Shown: positions 18,622 to 29,034, counted from the first letter of the stretch. The stretch: 64,000 bases of DNA from Bacteroidales bacterium (GCA_049975425.1 JBNGDI010000003.1:14162-78161); one strand, 5' to 3'. Notes: generated by a model not told the origin, from the letters alone. Made by a program: numbers and translations.

Positions 18622-19614
18622 TTAAAGGGGGATTCCGTTCTTTCCGGGTCTGGATTTTTCACCGTTTTCTTTTTTATCCAGATCGTCATAGGCTCTGACG
18701 ATGTGCCGTACCAGGGGATGCCGCACGATATCCTCCTGCCCGAACTCCACCGTGGTGATCCCGGGAATGTTCATCAGTATCTTCCTTGCCTGCAGCAAAC
18801 CCGATCGCTGTTTGTCGGGTAGGTCTATCTGGGTAACATCCCCCGTAATTATGAACTTGGAGTGCTGTCCCATGCGTGTCAGGAACATCTTGACCTGTTT
18901 CACGGTGGCATTCTGCCCTTCATCGAGAATAACGAACGCATTTTCCAGGGTCCTACCCCTCATAAAAGCCAGGGGTGCGATCTGAATGGTTGAATCTTCC
19001 AGGTATCCGGCCAGTTTACGGAAAGGGATCATATCATTCAGGGCATCATACAGAGGCTGAAGGTATGGATCCAGCTTTTCTTTCATATCACCCGGCAGGA
19101 ATCCCAGATGTTCACCGGTTTCCACTGCCGGGCGGGTAAGAATGATTCGTTTTATCTCCCGGTTCTTCAGGGCTCTCACCGCCAGAGCAATGGAAGTATA
19201 GGTTTTCCCGGTACCTGCCGGACCCACGGCCAGAATCAGATCGTTTTCCGGATAGGCCCTGATCAGGGCCTCCTGGTTGGGAGTACGTGCTCTGATCGGT
19301 TTGCCTGCAGTATTGTACAACAGCACATCATCTGCGGCTTTTCCGGCCCGGGTACGTGGAATATTTTCGAGCATCAGCATATCGATTTCCTCCGCTGTCA
19401 ACTGATTATGTTGGTGCAAATAATCGGTCAGTTCCTGTATCTTTTCTTCAAAACGGTCAAGTTCCTCCTGCTCCCCCACGGCTTTGATCTCGCTTCCCCG
19501 TGCAATAATGCGTATCCGGGGAAAATAATCCGTGATCTTTCCCAGCAGGGTATTATTCACCCCGAACACCTGCACCGGATCCACCCCCTCAAGATATATG
19601 ATTCTCTCCATCAT
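18622..19614 (-). CDS. phoH: PhoH-family ATPase
   Basis: 330 aa with Walker [10 protein letters not shown], then ILDEGQN and [13 protein letters not shown], as in PhoH/YbeZ. Confidence 0.85.
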   Translation of the reverse strand: MMERIIYLEGVDPVQVFGVNNTLLGKITDYFPRIRIIARGSEIKAVGEQEELDRFEEKIQELTDYLHQHNQLTAEEIDMLMLENIPRTRAGKAADDVLLYNTAGKPIRARTPNQEALIRAYPENDLILAVGPAGTGKTYTSIALAVRALKNREIKRIILTRPAVETGEHLGFLPGDMKEKLDPYLQPLYDALNDMIPFRKLAGYLEDSTIQIAPLAFMRGRTLENAFVILDEGQNATVKQVKMFLTRMGQHSKFIITGDVTQIDLPDKQRSGLLQARKILMNIPGITTVEFGQEDIVRHPLVRHIVRAYDDLDKKENGEKSRPGKNGIPL

Positions 19615-19709
19615 AAAAGAATTCGATATAATTCATTAATTTTGGCTTCTGCAAAATAAGATCATTTTTCCGAACCATTTAAAACAAAAACCAATATTTT
19701 TCCATCTGA

Positions 19710-20501
19710 ATGCCTGTCCTCACCCTCACAACCGACTGGAACCAGCAAGATTATTATACAGGAGCGGTAAAAGGCAAAATTCTGACATCCTGCCCGGATG
19801 CTACAGTAGTGGATATCTCCCATCAGATCCAGCCTTTCAACCTGTCGCAGGCAGCCTTTGTTCTGAGGAATTCCTGTTTTCACTTCCCTCCGGGAACGGT
19901 GCATCTGATTGGGGTTCAGGCCTTGCCCGAACCGGGAAAAGGCTTTCTCATCGTCGGTGCAGGAGGACATTTCTTTCTTTCGGCCGACAACGGAATCTTC
20001 GGACTGCTGCTCCATAATGAGCCGGAAAAGGTGATCATGATACCGGTAAACGATCCTCCCGATAAATCGCCCCTGGAACAGGTACTTGAACTGACCGGTT
20101 ATGCCTGTGAGCTGATGAAAGGGACTGATCCCGCCATATTGGGAGAAGTGGTGGAAAGCTTCGAAAAACGCACCCCCATGCGGGCCACCATTGACGAATC
20201 GGTAATCAACGGAAGTGTGATCTATGTTGATTCTTACCGGAATGCCATTACCAATATATCGGAAGAACTGTTCAGACGGGTAAGCCGGGAGCGCCCCTAT
20301 GAAATACTCGTTCAAAGCAATTATTTCAAGATCAAAACGGTCAGTAAAACCTATTCCGATGCCCCGGAAGGGGAAATGCTCGCCCTGTTCAACAGCCTGG
20401 GGTTACTGGAAATTGCCATTCACAACGGAAATGCCAGTGAATTGCTGAACCTTAAGGTCGGCTCTACGGTGCGTGTCAGGTTTTCTGACAGGAAAATGTG
20501 A
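19710..20501 (+). CDS. SAM hydroxide adenosyltransferase / SAM hydrolase family protein (DUF62, chlorinase/fluorinase-related)
   Basis: 263 aa. The N-terminus LTLTTDWNQQDYYTGAVKGKILTSCPDATVVDISHQIQPFN..GTVHLIGV and the C-terminal beta-barrel segment LGLLEIAIHNGNASELL match the DUF62 layout. Confidence 0.75.
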   Translation: MPVLTLTTDWNQQDYYTGAVKGKILTSCPDATVVDISHQIQPFNLSQAAFVLRNSCFHFPPGTVHLIGVQALPEPGKGFLIVGAGGHFFLSADNGIFGLLLHNEPEKVIMIPVNDPPDKSPLEQVLELTGYACELMKGTDPAILGEVVESFEKRTPMRATIDESVINGSVIYVDSYRNAITNISEELFRRVSRERPYEILVQSNYFKIKTVSKTYSDAPEGEMLALFNSLGLLEIAIHNGNASELLNLKVGSTVRVRFSDRKM

Positions 20502-20507
20502 AAAATC

Positions 20508-21329
20508 ATGAAGAAGAGAGAAAAGCTGAAAGCCCTGGAGGAATTGCTGGATATTATGGACGAACTCAGGGTAAAATGCCCATGGGACAGGGAACAAACA
20601 ATGGAAACCCTGCGTACGCTGACCATTGAGGAAACTTATGAACTGGCCGATGCCATCCTGGATAATAATTACGAAGAGGTAAAAAGGGAACTTGGCGACC
20701 TGCTGCTGCATATTGTATTCTACGCCAAAATCGGCGAGGAAAAAAATCTTTTCGATATCGGTGATGTGGCCCGTTCCATCAATAAAAAGCTGATATACCG
20801 TCATCCTCATGTATTTGGAGATACCCGGGTGAACGGATCGGATGAAGTGAAGGAAAACTGGGAACATCTGAAGATCAGCGAAGATAAAAACGGAAACAGG
20901 AAAGTGCTGGGCGGTGTACCCGGAAACCTTCCGGCCATGATCAAGGCTTTCCGTATCCAGGACAAGGTAAGGGGAGTGGGTTTCGACTGGAAAGAACGGG
21001 AAAATGTATGGGAAAAAGTTATTGAGGAAATATCCGAAGTCAGGTCAGAAATCGGCTCGGGAGACCATGAGAGGCTGGAAGAAGAATTCGGAGACCTGTT
21101 TTTCTCACTGATCAATGCTGCCAGGCTATATGGTATCAATCCGGAAAACGCCCTGGAACGAACCAACCTGAAATTCATACAGCGTTTTACCATGCTGGAG
21201 GAAAAAGCAAGGGAACGGGGGAAATCCCTGAAAGATATGACACTGGAAGATATGGATTTTCTGTGGGAAGAGGCAAAAAAAACCCCGCACCCGAAGAACA
21301 ATCAGACAGGAAGCTCAGAGATAGAGTGA
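20508..21329 (+). CDS. mazG: Nucleoside triphosphate pyrophosphohydrolase MazG
   Basis: 273 aa with tandem MazG domains: LRVKCPWDREQT..EETYELADAI..ELGDLLLHIVF and EEFGDLFFSLINAARLYGINPE. Confidence 0.85.
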   Translation: MKKREKLKALEELLDIMDELRVKCPWDREQTMETLRTLTIEETYELADAILDNNYEEVKRELGDLLLHIVFYAKIGEEKNLFDIGDVARSINKKLIYRHPHVFGDTRVNGSDEVKENWEHLKISEDKNGNRKVLGGVPGNLPAMIKAFRIQDKVRGVGFDWKERENVWEKVIEEISEVRSEIGSGDHERLEEEFGDLFFSLINAARLYGINPENALERTNLKFIQRFTMLEEKARERGKSLKDMTLEDMDFLWEEAKKTPHPKNNQTGSSEIE

Positions 21330-23033
21330 TTGCAGTTCCTTCCAAACAAATTCAAGCAGAGTGCGGATATACTCTGGCGAAAAATCGAACCGTATCCCTG
21401 CCGTGGCATAAATCTCAGGAATGGTTGCAGTGTACCCCAGGCGCAGGGCCGATTCGAAACAATCCAGGGTGTTTTCCGGGTCGTTTTTATAATGCTTCCA
21501 AAGGGCAATGGCTCCCAGTTGTGCCATGCCGTATTCAATATAGTAAAAAGGCAATTCAAAAATATGCAGCTGACGTTGCCAGCTGTATACAAAGTTCTCT
21601 TCCATTCCGCTCCAGTTGATCCTGTCGGAACTGAAACGGCGGTATATCCTGTTCCAGGCCGCCAGTCTTTCCTTTTCCTGATGCTCCGGATTCAGGTACA
21701 CCCAGTGCTGAAAATGATCCACCGCAGCAATCCACGGCAGCACCTGCACTATTCCCTCGAGCTGATGTATCCTGGCCCTGCGGAGGTCACTCTCGTCGGG
21801 GAAAAACACATCCCAGTGTTCCATGCTGATGAGTTCCATCGACATGGAAGCCAGCTCGGCCACTTCGGCAGGCAATTCCTTAAAATCGATCAGTTCGAGA
21901 CCGGAAGTCATGATTGAATGAATGGCATGCCCGCCTTCATGCACCAGGGTTTCAAGATCACGCAGATTCCCGGCGGCATTCATGAAGATGAAGGGAACAT
22001 TCGACTCATACAGCGGGTAATTGAATCCTCCGGGGGCTTTCCCCTTTCTCGAATCCAGGTCGAGAAACCCTCTTCCGGCCAGTTGCTTAAGCATCGAACC
22101 GTATTTTTCACGAACCTGTGAAAAACACAGGATGGTTTTCTGCAACAGCTCCTCCGATCCGGAAGCGGGAACCAGGGGCGGTTTCCCGTCAACGTCCACA
22201 TCCAGATCCCAGGGCCTGAGTTCGTTCAGTCGAAGCTGTTCTTTCCTCCGGTCTAACATCCGGTCCACCAGAGGCATCACTTCGTGCTGCACCGATTCAT
22301 GGAACTGCATGCAATCTTCCGGACGGTAATCAAACCTGCCCAGATTGTCGAACTGATAATCCCGGAAATTACGGTAACCTGCATTCAGTGCAATCTTGTA
22401 TCTTTTCCGGACCAGCCGGGTAAACAGATCCTGCAGGGAAAATGCCTTCGAAATTCTCTGTTCCTGTATCAGCCTGTATACCGTCTCCCTGACCTCACGG
22501 TCGGGATTCCGTAAAAAATTCGCCGCCTGCTGAAGGGTATATTCCCGGTCACGGTATAACACGGTAAGCTCACTGATTATCTTCCCGTACTCCTGCTCCT
22601 CCACCTGCAGTTCGGCCAACAGGGGGATATTCTCTTCCCTGAAAAGCTCTATTCTTTTTCTGGCAGCCCTGATCAGAACAGCGTATTTTTTTTGACCGAG
22701 CCGGGACAGATGGGGGCTGTTGACCAGTTTTTTATCGAACAGATGGGTATACCGGTGAATATGCGGCTCGATTCCCGTGACGAACTGCTCATAATGACGG
22801 GCCAGTTCCTTACGGGTAGTATCACAGTTCGTGCGGATATACCTCCATGCAAGCTCCTCTTCCATCCAGGAAAGCAGGGCACTGCGGTCGACCAGCCACC
22901 TTTCCAGTTGAACGGGTGAGGTTATTTTCCGGTTCGCCAGTTCGTCGAAAAAAGGCCTGACCGACTCCCACGACTCCACCTTCCTGTCAGGTGGAAGAAA
23001 AGCACGCTGACCCGGGGAATACCTGTTATCCAT
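21315..23033 (-). CDS. pepF: M3-family oligoendopeptidase (PepF-like)
   Basis: 572 aa with the zinc motif HEGGHAIH and a downstream E (LAELASMSMELI). The length and layout fit M3B oligoendopeptidase F. It converges on mazG with a 15-nt overlap. Confidence 0.8.
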   Translation of the reverse strand: MDNRYSPGQRAFLPPDRKVESWESVRPFFDELANRKITSPVQLERWLVDRSALLSWMEEELAWRYIRTNCDTTRKELARHYEQFVTGIEPHIHRYTHLFDKKLVNSPHLSRLGQKKYAVLIRAARKRIELFREENIPLLAELQVEEQEYGKIISELTVLYRDREYTLQQAANFLRNPDREVRETVYRLIQEQRISKAFSLQDLFTRLVRKRYKIALNAGYRNFRDYQFDNLGRFDYRPEDCMQFHESVQHEVMPLVDRMLDRRKEQLRLNELRPWDLDVDVDGKPPLVPASGSEELLQKTILCFSQVREKYGSMLKQLAGRGFLDLDSRKGKAPGGFNYPLYESNVPFIFMNAAGNLRDLETLVHEGGHAIHSIMTSGLELIDFKELPAEVAELASMSMELISMEHWDVFFPDESDLRRARIHQLEGIVQVLPWIAAVDHFQHWVYLNPEHQEKERLAAWNRIYRRFSSDRINWSGMEENFVYSWQRQLHIFELPFYYIEYGMAQLGAIALWKHYKNDPENTLDCFESALRLGYTATIPEIYATAGIRFDFSPEYIRTLLEFVWKELQSLYL

Positions 23034-23043
23034 GCATCCTCCT

Positions 23044-23610
23044 TTACTTGTTCTTGGTGGAAACAGGCATCCGTTTCTGTCCGCCGCCTGCAGAAGCGAT
23101 TTTCTGACCCTGGGAGGTGGTCTTTTTCGGGGTGGATTTTTTTGCTGCAGAACCTGCAGGTTTGGAAGGCCTGGGCTGAGCCTTGTCCTTCTCAGTCGCT
23201 TCTTTCTTCTGTTCCTCCTCCTGTTCTTCGAGGTTCAGCAGGTTATGCTTCAGAAGAATATTGTACCATTGCATGATCTTTCTGATGTCGGACTGGTACA
23301 CCCTGGAACGGTCAAATTCCGGCAATACCTTCTCAAAATAGGCAAACAGGGTGTCTTTGTCTGATTTCGGATCCGGAGCCTCGCCTCCGTTCTCCAGTTC
23401 GGATATCTTACGGAAGATTTCAATCAGCCGGGCTTCCCCTTCATGCGTAAAAACCGCGATATCATCCATGGAACTAACCTTAAGATGAGCCCCTGCATGC
23501 ATTCGTTTGCCGGTATCAAACGATTCGACAATAATCCCGTTTTTTGCCTGAGCAACAAACCTGTATAATCCCGGATATCCCGATATAGCCAATATGTCCT
23601 TGAATTCCAT
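23044..23610 (-). CDS. DUF5606-like protein with Lys/Glu-rich basic tail
   Basis: 188 aa. The N-terminus MEFKDILAISGYPGLYRFVAQAKNGIIVESFDTGKR matches the Bacteroidota DUF5606 family as I remember it. The C-terminal ~60 aa are low-complexity (EEQEEEQKKEATEKDKAQPRPSKPAGSAAKKSTPKK). Confidence 0.6.
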   Translation of the reverse strand: MEFKDILAISGYPGLYRFVAQAKNGIIVESFDTGKRMHAGAHLKVSSMDDIAVFTHEGEARLIEIFRKISELENGGEAPDPKSDKDTLFAYFEKVLPEFDRSRVYQSDIRKIMQWYNILLKHNLLNLEEQEEEQKKEATEKDKAQPRPSKPAGSAAKKSTPKKTTSQGQKIASAGGGQKRMPVSTKNK

Positions 23611-23676
23611 GGTTGAACTGTTTATGAAAAGACAAAAATAATACTAAATGACAGATTGCAAAAGTCATCTCCCGGA

Positions 23677-24396
23677 TTAAACCATATTCCTCTCTTTTTT
23701 AATCTGTTCATAGGCTTCATTCACCTTCCGGAACTTTTCATGTGCAATCTTCTGAAAATCTTCTCCCAGATAACTCACCTTATCGGGATGGTATTTCATA
23801 GCCATTTTCCGGAAGGCTTTCTTCACCTCCTCATCACCCGCTGACCGGTCGATTTCAAGCACCTTATATGCCCAGTCGGTATCGGCCACATACACGGCCA
23901 TAATGGAATCCATATCTTTCTGGCTGATCCCCATATACTGTGCCACCAGCCTGATGACCCGGATCTCTTCCGTGTGTACCTGCCCGTCGGCCGCAGATAT
24001 TCCGTGCAACATCTGCAGAAGCTGCAACCGGGAGGAATAATCCATGTTTTGCCTGATCTGCATGCTCACCTGGCGAAGGGGTATATTCTGGTGCAGCAGG
24101 TCGCGCAGCATGGCCAGAGCTTCACGGGCTGCTTCCGTACCAAAAGCCGTTACCAGGTATTTCTTCACGTAATCCAGTTCCGAGCGCAGCACCTTACCGT
24201 CGGCTTTCATCATAGCCGCCACCAGCACCAGAAAACTCACCACAAAATCACCCCGGGTAGTCTGCCCCTCCTTCTGAAGAGATTGCACGTCGGCATTGTC
24301 AAAGATAGCCCCCAGGGCAAATCCCGCCAGCCCCCCCAGGGGACCAAATAGCACCCATCCCAGACCTCCACCTATCCATTTGCCAAATTTCCCCAT
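23677..24396 (-). CDS. TerB-like domain + C-terminal J-domain membrane-associated co-chaperone (DjlA-like)
   Basis: 239 aa with an N-terminal Gly-rich hydrophobic segment (GKWIGGGLGWVLFGPLGGLAGFALG), a central TerB-like region, and a C-terminal J domain AYKVLEIDRSAGDEEVKKAFRKMAMKYHPDKV containing HPD. Confidence 0.75.
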   Translation of the reverse strand: MGKFGKWIGGGLGWVLFGPLGGLAGFALGAIFDNADVQSLQKEGQTTRGDFVVSFLVLVAAMMKADGKVLRSELDYVKKYLVTAFGTEAAREALAMLRDLLHQNIPLRQVSMQIRQNMDYSSRLQLLQMLHGISAADGQVHTEEIRVIRLVAQYMGISQKDMDSIMAVYVADTDWAYKVLEIDRSAGDEEVKKAFRKMAMKYHPDKVSYLGEDFQKIAHEKFRKVNEAYEQIKKERNMV

Positions 24397-24399
24397 GAT

Positions 24400-24999
24400 T
24401 CACTGTGTATTTTGGTTTTCATTAAGAAGCAACCGGTGCAGTTCAATAATCGCGGGTATCAGGAGCTTCTTTTCATCGTTTACCAGCAAATAATCGGCAT
24501 GTTTTCTTCGTTCCTCATCCGTCCATTGCCTTTCCATCCGGCTTCTGACCTCTCCGGCCGATGTTCCGTCACGCTCCATTACCCGCCTGATACGAAGCTG
24601 TTCCGGTGCTTCAACGGCAATCACCCTGTCGAACAGAGAAGCCCATCCGCTTTCCAGGAGAATGGCAGCCTCATGGATCACATAGGGAGCTTCTGCATGA
24701 CAGCCCACCCACTCAGAAAAAGCATCACGCACTTTTGGATGCACCAGACTGTTCAGTAATCTGAGTTTGCCCTCATCGGAAAAAACCATTTCCGCCAGTT
24801 TTTTACGCCGGAGCATTCCGTTCAGGTATACATCCTCACCAAAGGCATCTTCCAAATGAGCCTTCAGAACAGGGTCTGATTCCATCAGGGTTCTTGCTTC
24901 TGTATCGGCATCGAATACGGGGATCCCGAGAACAGTAAAAATCCCGGCAACTATCGACTTGCCACTGCCAATTCCTCCGGTCAGACCTACTTTCAGCAT
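24400..24999 (-). CDS. coaE: Dephospho-CoA kinase
   Basis: 199 aa with MLKVGLTGGIGSGKS (P-loop) and IPVFDAD, typical of CoaE. Confidence 0.85.
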   Translation of the reverse strand: MLKVGLTGGIGSGKSIVAGIFTVLGIPVFDADTEARTLMESDPVLKAHLEDAFGEDVYLNGMLRRKKLAEMVFSDEGKLRLLNSLVHPKVRDAFSEWVGCHAEAPYVIHEAAILLESGWASLFDRVIAVEAPEQLRIRRVMERDGTSAGEVRSRMERQWTDEERRKHADYLLVNDEKKLLIPAIIELHRLLLNENQNTQ

Positions 25000-25997
25000 C
25001 AGTTTTTCTCAATAATATATTCCACCTGCTCGGGGGAGAATTTCACTGAACGTATGTAATCGGGATATCTCAGCAGTTGCACCCTGAGCTTCTCAACAGG
25101 CTCTTCGGGAAAAAACACGGCCGCCCTGAACAGAGCAGGCTGCACCTTGCTGAAATTGCTGAGAGCCACCATGAAGGTAATGTTCACACGGGAAGGAAAA
25201 ACCTTCAGGGTTAAACTGTCGGGAACCCCTTCCGTATGGACAGGCACCTGAACAGTGCTCTCGGTAAACTGTTCCACCGGAATTCGTACGTTCACCCTGC
25301 GGTGTGAGAACCTTACATTCGGAACTTCCTCGAGGGGCAGGGTTTTATCCACTGTTTGATCAACGTCGGCCATTATTACAGGCCGGGTCCGGGCCATACG
25401 GAAGGTATCGATCACTGCCCCGGGACCTGAAACTGTCACACTATCAGGTGTACATGATATTTCCCCGCTGAGTTGGAATTGCCGTGCATACCTGATATCG
25501 AGCACAGGTAAAACAGGCACTCTTTTGTGCACAATATCGTCGAAAGTAAAGAACAGCGTATCGGGGGCCACGTTCAGGATATTCCCCTCCCGGAGCATTT
25601 GCCTGGAAAGACTTTCTCTGATGGTTCTTGAAAGAAGATAATACCTGGGCGGTTCAGTTCCTGGCAGGTACCTGAAATTGTAGCTGTCTAGATTGATGGT
25701 AATGGGTACCTGGCGCTTGCTCAGTTTATACCTCAGCAGGGTATACCCCGGAGCCTGCACCTGTAAAAGGAGTTCGTGGGGAAGATCGTTAACCAGCACC
25801 CTGTCGCGGGGCATATTGATGTACTTCACCGGAAAACTGAGCTCAGTCACCGCCACCTGGTTCAATTCATTAAGAAACCAGAACACCGTGCTTAATACCA
25901 GGAAAAAACCAAAGATCAATACCTTCTGATTGATTTTCCGTTGCCTGACTTTCAGGAAACACCTGAATGTTTTCTTAAGCACTGAAGGTTCCGACAT
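24999..25997 (-). CDS. YbbR-like domain-containing protein
   Basis: 332 aa with an N-terminal TM segment (VLIFGFFLVLSTVFWFL) followed by repeated beta-rich YbbR-type units. It sits in the nusB / DUF1573 / yajC / ybbR / coaE order that I recall as conserved in Bacteroidota. Confidence 0.6.
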   Translation of the reverse strand: MSEPSVLKKTFRCFLKVRQRKINQKVLIFGFFLVLSTVFWFLNELNQVAVTELSFPVKYINMPRDRVLVNDLPHELLLQVQAPGYTLLRYKLSKRQVPITINLDSYNFRYLPGTEPPRYYLLSRTIRESLSRQMLREGNILNVAPDTLFFTFDDIVHKRVPVLPVLDIRYARQFQLSGEISCTPDSVTVSGPGAVIDTFRMARTRPVIMADVDQTVDKTLPLEEVPNVRFSHRRVNVRIPVEQFTESTVQVPVHTEGVPDSLTLKVFPSRVNITFMVALSNFSKVQPALFRAAVFFPEEPVEKLRVQLLRYPDYIRSVKFSPEQVEYIIEKN

Positions 25998-26030
25998 AAC
26001 CGATGCTGACTTTCCGGTAACCGGAAGGAA

Positions 26031-26357
26031 TTATTTCTGGACTCCGATATCCGAGGGGTCTTTCAGGATGGCGCTCTTATCAATCTTGATCTTCACCTTA
26101 TCGGCCACCTCTACCAGTATCTCATTTCCGTTGATATCGGCAATTTTCCCGTATATACCCCCGGTTGTAATGATACGGTCTCCCTTCTTCAGTGATTCAC
26201 GGTAACTGCGCAGCTCCTTCTGCCTTTTTACCTGAGGGCGTATCATGAAAAAATAGAACACCAGGATAATCAGCAACAACGGCAAAAATGTCATGAAAGG
26301 GTTCTGCTCTTCGGTAGTCGGAGCAAATAACAACATGCTAAAAACTTGATGGATCAT
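26031..26357 (-). CDS. yajC: Preprotein translocase subunit YajC
   Basis: LLIILVFYFFMIRPQVKRQKELRSYRESLKKGDRIITTGGIYGKI is the YajC signature. The start may instead be the internal Met at 26336. Confidence 0.85.
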   Translation of the reverse strand: MIHQVFSMLLFAPTTEEQNPFMTFLPLLLIILVFYFFMIRPQVKRQKELRSYRESLKKGDRIITTGGIYGKIADINGNEILVEVADKVKIKIDKSAILKDPSDIGVQK

Positions 26358-26394
26358 TTCTTTTTATTATTTGGTGAATATTTGATTTATCTGT

Positions 26395-26823
26395 TTACTT
26401 CAGAACCACATTGGCATGAATGGTCAGAACCACCGGGTTATTCGAAGCATTACTTCTTACATAAATGGTTTTCACCTGCTTCCCCGACCTTCCGGCAGTA
26501 TCGAATACCACTTCCATTGATTCTTCCCCACCCGGTGGCAGAGGCTCCCTGCTGAAGGAAGGGACAGTGCAACCGCAGCTGGCAACGGCGCTGTGTATCA
26601 CCAGATCGTTCCCGCCTGCATTCCGGTAAGTAAACCGGCATGCTACCTTTTCCCCCTGACTCACATCTCCGAAATTGTGGGTAAGCCTGGTAAATTCAAG
26701 CAATGGCGGTTTTGTTTCACCTTTTGCATTTTCTCCGCCTTTTCCATCTTCTGCCCGAAAGCAGGAGCAGCACAAAATGATCAAAAGGAAAAAGACAGTG
26801 GATCGCATGGTTCTGAGCTTCAT
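26395..26823 (-). CDS. DUF1573 domain-containing exported protein
   Basis: ORF 26395..26847, with the start moved to MKLRTMRSTVFFLLIILCC. HNFGDVSQGEKVACRFTYRNAGGNDLVIHSAVASCGCTVP is the DUF1573 core (ASCGCT). Confidence 0.8.
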   Translation of the reverse strand: MKLRTMRSTVFFLLIILCCSCFRAEDGKGGENAKGETKPPLLEFTRLTHNFGDVSQGEKVACRFTYRNAGGNDLVIHSAVASCGCTVPSFSREPLPPGGEESMEVVFDTAGRSGKQVKTIYVRSNASNNPVVLTIHANVVLK

Positions 26824-26875
26824 TGAATCTCTGCAAAGTAAATACATTTTTCATATCCTGGCAACCCGGATTTTA

Positions 26876-27826
26876 TCATGCTTCGCCTATCAGGCCCCGG
26901 CCTTTCTTGATAATTTTCTTTTCCTCACGGAGATGATGAATGATCTTATCAAGCACCCCGTTGACAAAATGGCTGCTGCGCTCCGTACTGTAATATTTGG
27001 CCATTTCAATGTATTCATCAAAGGTCACCCTTACCGGTATTTCGGGAAATTCTGTCATCTCAGTTATGGCCATTACCATCAGCAGGTTGTCCATAAAAGC
27101 GATCCTCTCTACATCCCAGTTATGGGAATAAGCTTCAATCAGTTTGAGGTATTCATCATAATGCACCAGGCATTTTCTGAATAACCGTTTTGTAAACTCC
27201 GCATCTTCTGAACTTTTATACATGGGCATCAGCCGGATGTTTTCACCCTGTGCCGCTCTGAATTTATGGATGGTTTTTATGATCATCCCCACCACAAATT
27301 CCAGTTCATCATTCCAGTAAATGCTTTGCTCTTCCAGGTCGCCTGTCAATTCGTCGGAACCAAGTACCAGGTCGTGAAAAAAATGAACAACCAGTTCCCG
27401 GTCTTTAGCATAATCCGGTTCGTCGCCCTCCATATATTTCCGGTACCAGTCTTTATGCAGCATATCCCGGTAAAGTTTCCTGATCAGTTCGGGATACTGC
27501 ACCCAGCTCATTCCGGTATGCCCGGTATACTTCCTTAATTCACTGCTTTCTTCGAGCTGGCGGATAATCCGGTTATCAACAAAACGGGTATTGGGATGAA
27601 GATCCTGGTGGGTGGGTCTTTTCTTGTTTCTGGCCAGTGCAATACGTTCCAGTGCGTAATTTTTTACTTCAATGACCAGCAGCAAAAGGTAATGATACAG
27701 GTCATAACTTTTCTTAATGCTGTGCAACAATTCTTGCTCGGAGTGAGAAAGCGAGGGCGATTCGGTTTTCAGATAGGCATAAAGCACCTGCATCACCTTG
27801 ATCCTTAATAACCTTCTGCTATACAT
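26876..27826 (-). CDS. nusB: Transcription antitermination factor NusB (long Bacteroidota form)
   Basis: 316 aa. The N-terminus reads SRRLLRIKVMQVLYAY. The C-terminal NusB fold reads DRIAFMDNLLMVMAITEM..EIPVRVTFDEYIEMAKYYSTERSSHFVNGVLDKI. Confidence 0.8.
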   Translation of the reverse strand: MYSRRLLRIKVMQVLYAYLKTESPSLSHSEQELLHSIKKSYDLYHYLLLLVIEVKNYALERIALARNKKRPTHQDLHPNTRFVDNRIIRQLEESSELRKYTGHTGMSWVQYPELIRKLYRDMLHKDWYRKYMEGDEPDYAKDRELVVHFFHDLVLGSDELTGDLEEQSIYWNDELEFVVGMIIKTIHKFRAAQGENIRLMPMYKSSEDAEFTKRLFRKCLVHYDEYLKLIEAYSHNWDVERIAFMDNLLMVMAITEMTEFPEIPVRVTFDEYIEMAKYYSTERSSHFVNGVLDKIIHHLREEKKIIKKGRGLIGEA

Positions 27827-28017
27827 GAAAAGAACGGTTTTTCTCGGTCAGAGGGCAAAGATAGCTTAAAATTAACTGAATTAAAACCCGCATACCCCAA
27901 TTTGTTGAATATGGTGATAAGCCGAAATAATTTATATGCATTCTAAAAAAAAACCTGTTACGTAAAATTTATCCCAATTTTACCGGGAGAGAGACAATCA
28001 TATCAAAAATATTTTTA

Positions 28018-28025
28018 TACATTTG
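28018..28025 (+). promoter_or_regulatory. Bacteroidota-type -7 promoter motif candidate (TAnnTTTG)
   Basis: TACATTTG lies 38 nt upstream of the ATG at 28063 in an AT-rich 236-bp spacer. No clear -33 TTTG partner was seen. The motif is short and expected by chance many times in 64 kb. Confidence 0.25.
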
Positions 28026-28062
28026 GTTTCAACTTAAAGTATTAGGACCACAAAATATTTCA

Positions 28063-28467
28063 ATGATGGAAGAAGGAACTGAGAAAAAAGAAGGATTTGA
28101 AAACCACCACCAGCAGGAGGAGATCTATTCGAAAGTTGTGCGTGCCGGAAAGAGAACGTATTTCTTTGATGTGAAGGCCACCCGAAATGATGATTACTAC
28201 CTTACCATCACAGAGAGTAAAAAGAGATTCAACCGGGACGGAAAATCATTTTATGAAAAACACAAGGTATTCCTGTACAAGGAGGACTTCGACAAGTTTG
28301 CCGATGCTCTGACGGAAACGGTGGAGTACATCAAGGAAAACCGACCCGAACCTGTGGAACGGGAACCGAGAAAACCGGCAGAAAGGCAGGATGAGGAAGA
28401 AGAAACTGCCCTGACCGAAAACTACACCAACGTTGAATTCGACGACCTGGAGGACCGGAAGGAATAG
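28063..28467 (+). CDS. Bacterial PUR-alpha-like (DUF3276) nucleic-acid-binding protein
   Basis: 134 aa. IYSKVVRAGKRTYFFDVKATRNDDYYLTITESKKRF..KHKVFLYKEDFDKFADAL is the PUR repeat pattern, followed by an acidic tail. Confidence 0.7.
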   Translation: MMEEGTEKKEGFENHHQQEEIYSKVVRAGKRTYFFDVKATRNDDYYLTITESKKRFNRDGKSFYEKHKVFLYKEDFDKFADALTETVEYIKENRPEPVEREPRKPAERQDEEEETALTENYTNVEFDDLEDRKE

Positions 28468-28587
28468 GGCCCCTAAAACATTTCGTCCGAATCTCAATAC
28501 ACTATATTCCTGAAGGCAGGTCTTCCGGTAAATGTGTGTTATGTCCTGTTTTCAAGTATTCCCGGAATTGAAAACCTGCGGAATAAT

Positions 28588-28911
28588 TTACCCTGCATCA
28601 TAAGCGGCCATCTTTTCTTCGATGGTCACCCTCCCCTGCTTTCGCGACTGGATCTTCACAAAGCTCAGCACATCTTCCACCCCTTCAGAATACAACACCT
28701 CCAGTATTTCAGGTACCAGTTGCAATACCTTATCCAGGGGTCCTTCCACCACGGTTTCAAACGGGCACACACGATAGCGCATTCCCGAGGTGATGATCAC
28801 CGAAATGGCCCTGTCGATCAGCCGGTACATATCCAGGTTCCCGGGCCCGGGAATAATCTGAAAAGCGGCATTCACCTGATCTTTCATATGCGCGGATATT
28901 TGGTTCAGCAT
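28588..28911 (-). CDS. MTH1187/YkoF-family (DUF77) small thiamine-binding-like protein
   Basis: 107 aa with VNAAFQIIPGP.., ITSGMRYRVCPFETVVEGPLDKVLQLV. It was preferred over the antisense ORF 28534..28920, which has no family resemblance. Confidence 0.65.
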   Translation of the reverse strand: MLNQISAHMKDQVNAAFQIIPGPGNLDMYRLIDRAISVIITSGMRYRVCPFETVVEGPLDKVLQLVPEILEVLYSEGVEDVLSFVKIQSRKQGRVTIEEKMAAYDAG

Positions 28912-28984
28912 CCAATGTAGTTAATTTTTTCATCAAAATACAGACCCGGCCCCGGCTGAAATTCCTTCTTCCCTTCCGGCAGAA

Positions 28985-29006
28985 CCTGATTAAAATCATT
29001 ATAAAT
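28985..29006. promoter_or_regulatory. Fur-box-like AT-rich dyad upstream of feoAB
   Basis: CCTGATTAAAATCATTATAAAT contains the exact AATCATTAT core of the classical Fur consensus GATAATGATAATCATTATC (about 13 of 19 positions by my alignment) and the inverted pair TGATT/AATCA. It sits about 30 bp upstream of a TAnnTTTG motif and 68-89 nt upstream of the feoAB ATG. Confidence 0.3.
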
Positions 29007-29034
29007 AGGTATTGGGGAAAATAAACAGAATCTG

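Noticed and set aside
28534-28920. 128-aa plus-strand ORF opposite the MTH1187-like gene
   Set aside because: The minus-strand product matches a known small-protein family layout, while the plus-strand product (His/Gln/Phe-rich) matches nothing.
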